NCBI GenBank assembly: GCA_964408845.1
Contig: CAYPBC010000001.1
Location: 1 to 38,206, forward strand
Source: an uncultured Thermoanaerobaculia bacterium
GTDB taxonomy: Bacteria; Acidobacteriota; Thermoanaerobaculia; Thermoanaerobaculales; Sulfomarinibacteraceae
Direction: 5' to 3'
DNA: 38,206 nucleotides
A program made the translations under genes and the position numbers. Under the pieces are notes generated by a model that saw only the letters and a program-made list of their open reading frames with translations, searched no databases and was not told the origin of the DNA. Shown here one piece after another: positions 7,961 to 15,905 of this stretch (position 1 is its first letter; each line of letters opens with the position of its first letter).

Positions 7961-8143
7961 CCTGCATATCTCACCAGCTGCCGGCTTGCGGCCGGCGATG
8001 CACCGCCTCCAGCGTCGTTTTCTCGCCTCGGGGTGCTCGCGACGTACCGTCAAGTACGCCTCCGCGCCCCTCGGGTCGAAAACACCACTGGACACGGCAC
8101 CTCGCCACCCTCGCCACGGCACCCGGTGAGATATGCAGGTTAA
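7957..8143. mobile_element. 187-bp palindromic MITE-like element, copy B (complete)
   Basis: Perfect 19-nt terminal inverted repeats: TTAACCTGCATATCTCACC (7957-7975) and GGTGAGATATGCAGGTTAA (8125-8143). The interior arms are also imperfectly complementary around the centre CGTAC-cgtcaa-GTACG (8043-8058). No ORF with transposase features. The outer TTAA on each side could be a target-site duplication. Confidence 0.65.
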
Positions 8144-8424
8144 CCCGCCACTCTCACCACGTCGCGAAGCGAGGCAGCGAGAAGGGCGGGCAAAATCGGT
8201 TGTCATTTTTTCGAGCGACCTGAAATTACCGAACGTGCGTCTCCGCTTGAGTCAGCCTGACGGGCAATTCGTCCCCGTCCGCGTTCCCGATGCCGAGATG
8301 CCTTTCGGACCAGATTTCTAACTAGTCGCCATGGAGCGGTTTACCTTCACTCGACACGTGACGAGATCCGGGTACGGGGACGGGGATGGGAACGGGTTCA
8401 ACCTGAACCAACCGGAGACGCACG

Positions 8425-9345
8425 TTACCGAATTCTTCCCATGCGTACAGGATTCAGAGGATGTGTGTGCCATTTTACGGTGGCGCCGGCGTCTTCGTTC
8501 CTGAAGTAGGCGCTTTCGAATAAATCAGGCTGTGTGATCTTGAAGGTGGAGAATCCCATTTCACCGAGCCGATGAATGTCGTGCATCTTGGGTTTACTTT
8601 TTTCAGCAACGCACCATGGCATTTTGGGATTGAAATAGTCGCGTTCCTTATACGAGATTCCGTACTTTTTGTGGTTATAGAAAGCGATGTGGTCCTGACC
8701 CAAAATATAGTAGTGATGAACTCGATTTTTTCCGCACAGATTGAGGCAAACTGACGTTGCAAAAAGGACTACTTTCTCTGGGCTCTTGATAGCGTGAAGT
8801 GTCTCCTCATTGTCATTGACCTCCGGGAAGCAGCATACTTCGTCAAAAACCTCACAGGCATCGTTGATTTCATCCGGCTTGAGGTAATTGTAAATGCATG
8901 AAGCACGGAGCTGATATTTGGGGTACGTATCCCGAATATATTGAGCGATCTGGTCGTTCGCCACGATGACGCCGTTTACCGGTCGTTCGTAACGCTTCAG
9001 GATCTTATTGGTGTGAGAATCTTCCAGATACTCCGTGGCGACGGTGATATTCGTCAGGGTAAACGAGTATCCTATTCCAATATCATTCAGTTGATCAATC
9101 ACCTCCATAGGATACGGATTGCATAGGCTGCGGGGCCGTCCTCCGTTGAGCGGTGACTCAAAAAGAGAACCGAATACTCGCCTCAATAGAGGAAGAGCAT
9201 CGTATCTCTTGAATAAATCAACGATCTCCATTGGGTGGTGATATCTTGCGGATACTGTAAAGTCCATTGAGCTCTCCGGGTGCGACATCGTGCCCTTTTC
9301 AAGAGGATGGCAAAAGGTCTCGCTGCGGTCCAGGGAGATCCCCAT
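8425..9345 (-). CDS. Hypothetical Cys-rich protein, low-GC gene; loose resemblance to U32 (PrtC/RlhA/UbiU) TIM-barrel family
   Basis: 306-codon ORF with no competing ORF. Marked drop in GC and use of AGA, TTA, AAT, GAT and TAT codons. The segment VNGVIVANDQIAQYIRDTYPKYQLRASCIYN...VVLFATSVCLNLCG resembles the U32 layout, but the PROSITE-type signature is not matched exactly. Alternative start ATG 9288. Confidence 0.55.
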   Translation of the reverse strand: MGISLDRSETFCHPLEKGTMSHPESSMDFTVSARYHHPMEIVDLFKRYDALPLLRRVFGSLFESPLNGGRPRSLCNPYPMEVIDQLNDIGIGYSFTLTNITVATEYLEDSHTNKILKRYERPVNGVIVANDQIAQYIRDTYPKYQLRASCIYNYLKPDEINDACEVFDEVCCFPEVNDNEETLHAIKSPEKVVLFATSVCLNLCGKNRVHHYYILGQDHIAFYNHKKYGISYKERDYFNPKMPWCVAEKSKPKMHDIHRLGEMGFSTFKITQPDLFESAYFRNEDAGATVKWHTHPLNPVRMGRIR

Positions 9346-9427
9346 CTTTCTTCTTTAGGACGCTTCATCTTAACAGACAATGCCGGACATCCTAAACGGC
9401 ATCCATTGATATGGTAGGGTTGATCAA

Positions 9428-10717
9428 TTGAAGGTACTCCTCATTTCATCTGCTACGCCCGAACACAGGATCGAGGGCGGTATCGTGACGCACCTGGCCC
9501 TTCTCAAACGGGATCTGTCGAGTCGAGGTCACAGCGTTCACACGTTGACAGCAATCCCCGCTGGTGCGAGCGAAGCGCCGTCGAGCGGGTCTATCTCCTA
9601 TGTCGGTCCTGCCCTCCGTGACGGTGTTCCCTTCAGCTATCATCTCAGCCTGGTGGGCGCCTACACGCGGCTGCGCTCGACTTTCTCTCCCGACGTAGTC
9701 CACATTCATTCCCACTCCGGCACGGCGATTGCGATGAAGGAGCGGCGGATTCCGATCGTGACGACGGTGCACGCAGCCAATCCACCGGATATCAACCTCG
9801 CGGAAGGCCGGCTGACTAGTCTCTACAGAACTGCGGAAAGTACGGTAAAGCGTCGGCAGATCTCGGCCCTCCTGAAATGCTCGGACAGGGTCTTTGTGCC
9901 GAGCGCGAAGACGGCTCGCGACCTGAGGCGGCTCTGTCCCCAACTCGATCTTGGTGATCTGGAAATTCTGCCGGTCGGCATCGACCTGCATCGGTTTCGG
10001 CCGATTGACAAGGCGGATGCCAAGGCTCGTCTCGGTTTCGCAGGGCATTTCGTATTCCTCTTCGTGGGAAGAATGACCAGAAAAAAGGGCGCCGATGACC
10101 TCGTCCAAGCCGCTCCAGAAGTCCTTATCGAAATCGAGGATGCGATCTTCGTCATTGTCGGTACGGGTCCCGTGCGAGAGGAGCTCATGAGGGAAGCTTT
10201 TCGCCTGGGGGTCTCTGATCGTTTCCATTTCATCGGGGCTGTGCCGAACAGCGAGCTGCCCGCCTACTACAGCGCTGCCGATGTATTCGTCAACCCCACG
10301 CGGGAGAACGAGACCTTCGGATTGACGACGGTCGAAGCGATGGCTTGCGGATTGCCCGTGATCATCTCGCACTCGGGCGCAGAAACTGGAATCGCGTCGC
10401 CGCGAGAGGCCAGGTTATTTGACGGTCGCGATGAGTTGATTTCAAACATGAAAGAGCTTTGGGCAGATGAGGGACTGCGGGATGCGCTGGCAGCCAGAGG
10501 ACGTGACAAGGTGAAGCAATTCTCGTTTGACCGGGTGGCCGGGCGCCTCAACGACAGTTACCTGGATTTGATCACGGCTGGAAAAACTTCCTCGGCCGCA
10601 ACCGCTGACCGGGGCTGGGGTTCGTTCTGGTGTGCAAACATGGCTGATGGGGGAATCCGTTGGCTGCGGCGGACGCGGAACCGTGTTTCAGGCTATGGGG
10701 AGAGCAAAACCAAATGA
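9428..10717 (+). CDS. GT4-family glycosyltransferase
   Basis: TTG start giving (M)KVLLISSA. GRMTRKKGADDLVQA and FVNPTRENETFGLTTVEAMACGLPVI (EX7E region). The stop overlaps the next start as ATGA. Confidence 0.85.
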   Translation: MKVLLISSATPEHRIEGGIVTHLALLKRDLSSRGHSVHTLTAIPAGASEAPSSGSISYVGPALRDGVPFSYHLSLVGAYTRLRSTFSPDVVHIHSHSGTAIAMKERRIPIVTTVHAANPPDINLAEGRLTSLYRTAESTVKRRQISALLKCSDRVFVPSAKTARDLRRLCPQLDLGDLEILPVGIDLHRFRPIDKADAKARLGFAGHFVFLFVGRMTRKKGADDLVQAAPEVLIEIEDAIFVIVGTGPVREELMREAFRLGVSDRFHFIGAVPNSELPAYYSAADVFVNPTRENETFGLTTVEAMACGLPVIISHSGAETGIASPREARLFDGRDELISNMKELWADEGLRDALAARGRDKVKQFSFDRVAGRLNDSYLDLITAGKTSSAATADRGWGSFWCANMADGGIRWLRRTRNRVSGYGESKTK

Positions 10718-11667
10718 ATCAGATCGACAGCTTGAGCCTCACGTTGTCGGCTGTTTGCAGCGCCGACTGCGTTTTCTGCCCGAGGCCCCACGCCCGGAAA
10801 CATCAGCCACCTTTCATGCCGCCGGACCTCGTCGGGAAGATTCTGGACGAGTCCGCGGTCTACGACATCGTTTCTATCGATGTTGGCGAGAATGGTGATT
10901 CCTTCCTGAATCCACAGGTATTGGAGATCTTGCGCCTCATTCGGTCCAAGAGCCAGGCGATGGTCAGGATGTTCACCAACTTTCGCACCTTCAAGCCGGA
11001 CTTGATCGATGCGGTGCTTCAAGAGGGCCTTCTTGACAAGGTGATCACCAATATTGATGGGGCGACACCGGAGGCTTATCGAGCCGTCAAGGGCCTCGAA
11101 TTGGAACGTGTGGAGCCTAATATCCAGCATTTTCTGGCTCGCAAAGAGGCGCTCCGGAGCCCGACGGAATTTCGCATCCAGGCCCTCACTCTCCATCACT
11201 ACGTTGACACGGTAAGGCGGGTTCTCGGCCGAGATCCGATTCACGTTCCCGACCATCTGGTGGATTCGATCGATGATTTTGACCAGATTGTGGAGCGTTG
11301 GCGGTCTCGGGGCGTCGTTCCGGAGCGTTCGGTCGTCACTCTGTGGGTTGAAGGCCAGGATCCAGGCAGGGAGCGGACCTCCCTTCGGCAGGTTGCTCGA
11401 CGGATTCAGCGCCGCGTCTTTCCGAGATCTTGCCGGATGTTGGACAAGATCGAACGTGGGCTGTTCGTAGCACCGTCGGGCCAGGTCTATCTCTGCTGCG
11501 CGGATTTCGAGTTCGAGATCATTCTTGGAGATCTGAGACAACAGACCGTGCGGGAGGTCGTGGAAAGCGAAAGAAGACGAGAGATTCTGAAGGCGTTGAC
11601 GCGCAGTGAGTTTCACAAGATCGGGGGTCCGTGCAATACCCCTGAAATGTGCAGAATCTACCTGTGA
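10714..11667 (+). CDS. Radical SAM enzyme with SPASM/twitch-like C-terminus
   Basis: ORF 10660..11667 trimmed to ATG 10714, which overlaps the upstream TGA (ATGA). CX3CX2C read as SAVCSADCVFCPR. C-terminal Cys pattern: GQVYLCCADFEFEIILGDL ... GGPCNTPEMC. Confidence 0.8.
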   Translation: MNQIDSLSLTLSAVCSADCVFCPRPHARKHQPPFMPPDLVGKILDESAVYDIVSIDVGENGDSFLNPQVLEILRLIRSKSQAMVRMFTNFRTFKPDLIDAVLQEGLLDKVITNIDGATPEAYRAVKGLELERVEPNIQHFLARKEALRSPTEFRIQALTLHHYVDTVRRVLGRDPIHVPDHLVDSIDDFDQIVERWRSRGVVPERSVVTLWVEGQDPGRERTSLRQVARRIQRRVFPRSCRMLDKIERGLFVAPSGQVYLCCADFEFEIILGDLRQQTVREVVESERRREILKALTRSEFHKIGGPCNTPEMCRIYL

Positions 11668-11673
11668 CCTGAA

Positions 11674-13188
11674 ATGAGCGATCTTCAGGTTCCGCTACGA
11701 AAACGGAAAGACCTGCAGGACAAGACCTCGACGCTGGCGATCACGGGGGCCAAGTGGGTTGCCATCGGATCGCTGTCGCAAAAGTCGATCCAGATGTTGC
11801 TCATCGTGTTTCTGGCGCGGCTCCTGTCGCCCGAAGATTTCGGCCTGATCGCCGTCGCCTCGCTGATGCTCATTCTTGCGGGACGCGTCAAGCAGCTTGG
11901 GCTCCACGGTGCTCTGGTCCAGCGCAAGGCAGACCTGGAAGAAGCCGCCAACGCCTATTTTTTCCTCAACATCGGGCTCGCGGTGCTGACCTTCGCCCTT
12001 GTTCTTGCGGTTTCCCCCCTCGCTGCCTGGTTTTTCAACGACGAAAGGGTGGCCCTGGTCGTCAACGTCATGGCGCTGAGGCTCCTGGTCGAGGCTGGTG
12101 GAGCCGTGCAGCGATCGCTGACTGTTCGCGCCCTCGACTTTCGTCGGCAGACATTTGTCCTTCTCGCCGAGACCTTGGTGACTGCGGGTGTGGCAGTCTT
12201 GCTGGCCGCCAAGGGTTTCGGCGTATGGGCGCTGGTATTCGGGATGGTACTCGGCGCCGTTTTGGCGGCTGTGCTCTGGTGGGTGACAACCCCTTGGCGT
12301 CCGACCCGTGTATGGAGTTGGCCCGTGGCCCGCCAGATGCTCCGGTTCGGAGTCGGACTCTGGTCGGCGTCCAACCTCAGCTATCTCATCGAATCCGCAA
12401 GTCGGGTTTTTGTCGGACGGTTCCTCGGAGTAGTGCCGCTGGGCTTTTACGAGTTCACGAATCGGGTGGTCCACGGGCCGACCAGCAGCCTGACCGAAAC
12501 GAGCAACCGAGTGGCCCTGCCGGCTTTCTGCCGGGAACAGGAGGATCTCCGACAACTGGGCGTGTGGTACCTCAAGATGACGGGCTACGTTTGTCTGCTC
12601 ACGGCGCCGGTCGCCGCGGTGCTGCTGCTTTTGGGGGACCTGATCATCCCCGTGATCTTCGGTCCCCAGTGGGTGAGCATGATTCCCCTCGTCAGGGCGT
12701 TGGCTCCCTTCGTATTCATGACTCCGCTGGTCTTCGCGTGGCCTGTCTACGTTGCGACCGGCCGGCCCGACGTGCTTATTCGGTTCACTGCACTTCGTTT
12801 TTTCATCACAGTCCCGCTCCTGCTGATGGCGGCCCGGGAGAGCCTTCTCGCGGTCTGCGTCGTGGAGTCCCTGGCAGCGTGTATCTTGGCGCCTGTCAAT
12901 CTGTACCTGGTGACGAGACTGATCTCCGTTCGCTTCTCCGATCTCCTGCGCTCGTTGGGACAGCCGCTCATCGGCAGCGGAGTGTTCGCGGTGGTGGTTC
13001 TGGCGCTGCGATTCCTCGGCCGACGGTGGTTTCCTGCGCACGGTGTGCTGTCGCTTGCGATCTGTCTCCTGACAGGCCTGGTGGCTTATCTGGTCACCAT
13101 GTCCCGCATGCAACCTCAACTCTTTTCGGATCTTCGCCGGCTGATCGTTGTCGCGCTCGGGCGGCATGCCGAGGCTGAACAGGGCTGA
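11674..13188 (+). CDS. Wzx-type polysaccharide flippase (MOP/PST superfamily membrane protein)
   Basis: About 12-14 hydrophobic segments. N-terminal pattern GAKWVAIGSLSQKSIQMLLIVFLARLLSPEDFGLIAVA is typical of the oligosaccharide flippase family. Starts 6 nt after the upstream stop. Confidence 0.8.
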   Translation: MSDLQVPLRKRKDLQDKTSTLAITGAKWVAIGSLSQKSIQMLLIVFLARLLSPEDFGLIAVASLMLILAGRVKQLGLHGALVQRKADLEEAANAYFFLNIGLAVLTFALVLAVSPLAAWFFNDERVALVVNVMALRLLVEAGGAVQRSLTVRALDFRRQTFVLLAETLVTAGVAVLLAAKGFGVWALVFGMVLGAVLAAVLWWVTTPWRPTRVWSWPVARQMLRFGVGLWSASNLSYLIESASRVFVGRFLGVVPLGFYEFTNRVVHGPTSSLTETSNRVALPAFCREQEDLRQLGVWYLKMTGYVCLLTAPVAAVLLLLGDLIIPVIFGPQWVSMIPLVRALAPFVFMTPLVFAWPVYVATGRPDVLIRFTALRFFITVPLLLMAARESLLAVCVVESLAACILAPVNLYLVTRLISVRFSDLLRSLGQPLIGSGVFAVVVLALRFLGRRWFPAHGVLSLAICLLTGLVAYLVTMSRMQPQLFSDLRRLIVVALGRHAEAEQG

Positions 13189-13245
13189 TCGCGAGCCGAT
13201 ATTCCAGATTCCGCGGATCGATCGATCGCGCTGCCAAGCCCGTTT

Positions 13246-14457
13246 TCAACCAGGTAATCCGCTGCTCATTCGTTGGCAGGCCGTCAGATCCCCGCTGTCC
13301 CAGGCGAAGCGGACCCTGAACCCGTCCTCCTCGAGCATGAAGGCCGCCCCCTCCAAGTTCTGCTTGAACACTGGAAACTGAGGTTTGCCCTGTGCGGGCT
13401 TCGAGTAGCCTCCGGGAGCGGTGCAGCACGTCAGGGTCAGCACCACCCCCCCTCCGTAGGTGTTGATCAGATGCCGGTTGAACTCGAAAGTCTCGCGGGT
13501 CTGCAGCCAAAGTGCTCCGTCGAAAAGCACCCTGTCGAGGGCGATGTTCAGCTCGTACTCCTCGTCGGACACTGCGTGCTCCCTGATCGTCATCGAGCCC
13601 AGGAAGCGACCCTTGACCCGTGGGCTGCCGATGATCGAGAAACCTCGTCCCCACCGCGATTTCAGGTACTGGTCGAAGAGATAGAGGATCACCTCCTCCT
13701 TGCGCCAGTCATGAAGCCCCTTCAGAAATGCTCCGGCGACATGCTCGATACCCGCCTCTTTGGCTCGGTCGAAAGAGTCCAACCTGAAGCTCTGGTTTCC
13801 TTTCGGGCCGGTGTTCACGTGGAGCCGGGAGTACTGGCCGGGGTCGAAGGTCTCGAGCCAGGCCAGAAAGCAGTCGAGGCCTGAGGCCTTTAACTCCTCG
13901 AACCCCGGCGTGCAGACTGGCGGGATGTTGCTGGTGATCATCCCGCCGCCCACGTCGGCGAGCTGCCCACCGAGGATTTCGAAATACCGCGCGGTGTTGG
14001 CGACGTCAAAGCGTTGGTCGTCCGGGTCAGTAGAATCCTCGCGAACGAAGAGTTCCGGATCCTGGCTGCTCACCAGCTCGATGCTGCGGTAACCCATCCC
14101 GAGGAGCGCATCCACCTCCTCGCGAAACTCCGCGTGGTTCAGGCGCAGGCCGTTGCCCGTTGAGAAATCGCAGTAGGAGCACTTGTTCTCGCAGATGCTC
14201 GACAAATAGAGGGGCGGCAGGAGCAGGATGTCGTCCTCACGAGGTCTCGCATACCCCTTTGAAAAATCCAGCACCGTGCGCGCGTTAGCGGGTTTAGACA
14301 GGCCGTTCAGCAACGAAACGATCTCCTGGCCGTCGAGGCTCTCGCGGTTGCCCGCCTTCTCCAGCAACTCGAGCGTCTCCCGCTCGCCGATCGGGGTACT
14401 CGAGCCGACCTGTGCGGCCTGCTCGACGAATCCTGGGAATACCTCGCTGAATAACAA
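13246..14457 (-). CDS. ThiH/HydG-family radical SAM enzyme (aromatic amino acid lyase-like)
   Basis: PPLYLSSICENKCSYCDFS matches the ThiH/HydG PLYLSNxCxNxCxYCGF cluster region. The C-terminal TAPGGYSKP...QFPV... resembles ThiH TQPGGY...EQF. TTG start at 14457 with GGAG 6 nt upstream; there is no in-frame ATG in the first ~120 codons. Confidence 0.75.
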   Translation of the reverse strand: MLFSEVFPGFVEQAAQVGSSTPIGERETLELLEKAGNRESLDGQEIVSLLNGLSKPANARTVLDFSKGYARPREDDILLLPPLYLSSICENKCSYCDFSTGNGLRLNHAEFREEVDALLGMGYRSIELVSSQDPELFVREDSTDPDDQRFDVANTARYFEILGGQLADVGGGMITSNIPPVCTPGFEELKASGLDCFLAWLETFDPGQYSRLHVNTGPKGNQSFRLDSFDRAKEAGIEHVAGAFLKGLHDWRKEEVILYLFDQYLKSRWGRGFSIIGSPRVKGRFLGSMTIREHAVSDEEYELNIALDRVLFDGALWLQTRETFEFNRHLINTYGGGVVLTLTCCTAPGGYSKPAQGKPQFPVFKQNLEGAAFMLEEDGFRVRFAWDSGDLTACQRMSSGLPG

Positions 14458-14591
14458 TACGATCTCCGTTCAGGGGATTCTAGCAGGGGCCCCACGAAGC
14501 CGCCACCGCTGCCGATCGACGCTCCCGGTGAGAAACACCGGCTAGAATACACCGAGAGACGGGGCTTGCCGGTTCCGAGATTGAGGGGACG

Positions 14592-15881
14592 ATGTACGGT
14601 GTGTTCAGCCTGTCGCGGTTGGCCGGTAGCCAGTGGCGCAGCCGCGAAGAGCTCGAACGGCGACAGCTGGCCAAGTTGCGCCGGCTGTTGCGCCATGCCT
14701 ACAACAACGTTCCCTTCTACCGCCGTCTCTTCGACGAGGCCGGCATCGCGGTGGATGAGATCGTCGGCCTCGACGACCTTCAGCGCCTGCCCATCGTCAG
14801 GCGCGAGGACATCCAGCCGCTGCCGGAGAGCGATCTCGTTGCGCGGGGCGCCAATCTCTCGACCTGCATCAGGACCCACACCAGCGGCTCCACCGGAGTG
14901 CCGCTTCAGATCATCTCCCGCCGCAGCGACCGCTCGGTCTTCAACCCCTCTTTCCTACGGGTTTACATTGGGTGGGGTCTGCGACCCTGGCACCGGTTGA
15001 CGTACTTCCAGTCCAGACCCGAGTCCCTGAGTCAGAAATCCTGGTACGAACGCCTCGGGATCTTCCGCCGGCAGATGCTATTCTCCCGCGATGACCCCGA
15101 GGTGTGGATCGACGGGCTCCGGCGATGGCGGCCCCACCTGATCCACGGGTACTCGCTGACTCTGAAGCTGCTGGCTGACGCCCTTCGTCACACCGGCACG
15201 ACGGACATCCACGTTCCTCTGGTAATGAGCACCTCCGGTGTGCTCGACGATGTGGCCCGCGAGCTGCTGACCTCGACGCTCGGCTGTCAGGTCGTCGATA
15301 TTTACGCCTCGGAGGAAGCGGGCTCGGTCATTGCCTGGGAGTGTCCTCGGTGCCCCGGATACCACATCGGCCTCGACACTGTGATCGTCGAGTTCGTCAA
15401 GGACGGGCGGCCGGCAGAGCCGGGAGAGGACGCCACCGTGCTGATCACCAACCTCAGCAATTTCACCATGCCGTTCATCCGCTATGACCAGGGTGACGTC
15501 GCCCGCATCTCCAGCCGACAGCCCGTCTGTGGACGAGGCTTTCCTCTGATGGACTCGATCCAGGGCCGCGCCGGCGATTACGTAGTTTTGGGGTCGGGGC
15601 GGAAGCTGACCCCGCACCCCTTCTTCCTCATTCTGGATCACGCAATCGGCGTCGCTCGATGGCAAATCATCCAGGAGTCGCTCGATCGCCTCACCGTGCG
15701 AATGACGATGCCCGATGGCCACGACGCGGTCGAGTGCGAGGCCGTCAGATCCAAGATCCGCGGTCTGGTCGGGGAGGACATGGTGGTCGAGATCGAGGTC
15801 GTCGACCGCTTGGGGCGGAACGCGAGCCAGAAGCTTCGCTCGGTGATCTGCAATCTGCCCGAAGGACAGACGCCGGGGTAA
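14592..15881 (+). CDS. CapK/PaaK-like adenylate-forming enzyme (phenylacetate-CoA ligase / F390 synthetase family)
   Basis: LRHAYNNVPFYRRLFDEAGI...LQRLPIVRREDI N-terminus and AMP-binding motif HTSGSTGVPL. GAGGGGA precedes the ATG. Confidence 0.8.
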   Translation: MYGVFSLSRLAGSQWRSREELERRQLAKLRRLLRHAYNNVPFYRRLFDEAGIAVDEIVGLDDLQRLPIVRREDIQPLPESDLVARGANLSTCIRTHTSGSTGVPLQIISRRSDRSVFNPSFLRVYIGWGLRPWHRLTYFQSRPESLSQKSWYERLGIFRRQMLFSRDDPEVWIDGLRRWRPHLIHGYSLTLKLLADALRHTGTTDIHVPLVMSTSGVLDDVARELLTSTLGCQVVDIYASEEAGSVIAWECPRCPGYHIGLDTVIVEFVKDGRPAEPGEDATVLITNLSNFTMPFIRYDQGDVARISSRQPVCGRGFPLMDSIQGRAGDYVVLGSGRKLTPHPFFLILDHAIGVARWQIIQESLDRLTVRMTMPDGHDAVECEAVRSKIRGLVGEDMVVEIEVVDRLGRNASQKLRSVICNLPEGQTPG

Positions 15882-15905
15882 ACGCCTCAGCGATGCCGTG
15901 CCACG

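Noticed and set aside
8133-8321. 62-aa ORF starting inside the right terminal repeat of the MITE-like element
   Set aside because: It starts within the repeat, has no SD and no recognisable motif. It is most likely a chance ORF.
8370-8396. G-quadruplex-type run GGG-TAC-GGGG-AC-GGGG-AT-GGG-AAC-GGG just downstream of the low-GC gene
   Set aside because: It fits the canonical G3+N1-7 pattern, but such runs are expected by chance in GC-rich genomes. I cannot show conservation or positional enrichment.
11695-13178. 490-aa minus-strand and 474-aa plus-strand ORFs overlapping the flippase gene
   Set aside because: Both are alternative frames of the same GC-rich DNA. They translate to Arg/Pro/Gly/His-rich low-complexity sequence, whereas the 11674..13188 frame gives a coherent multi-TM flippase.
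13216-13227. (GATC)x3 palindrome in the convergent gap between the flippase and the ThiH-like gene
   Set aside because: It is a short simple tandem repeat. The hairpin it could form has too small a loop and no T-tract, so it is not a convincing terminator. Relevance to Dam-type methylation cannot be judged from the sequence.
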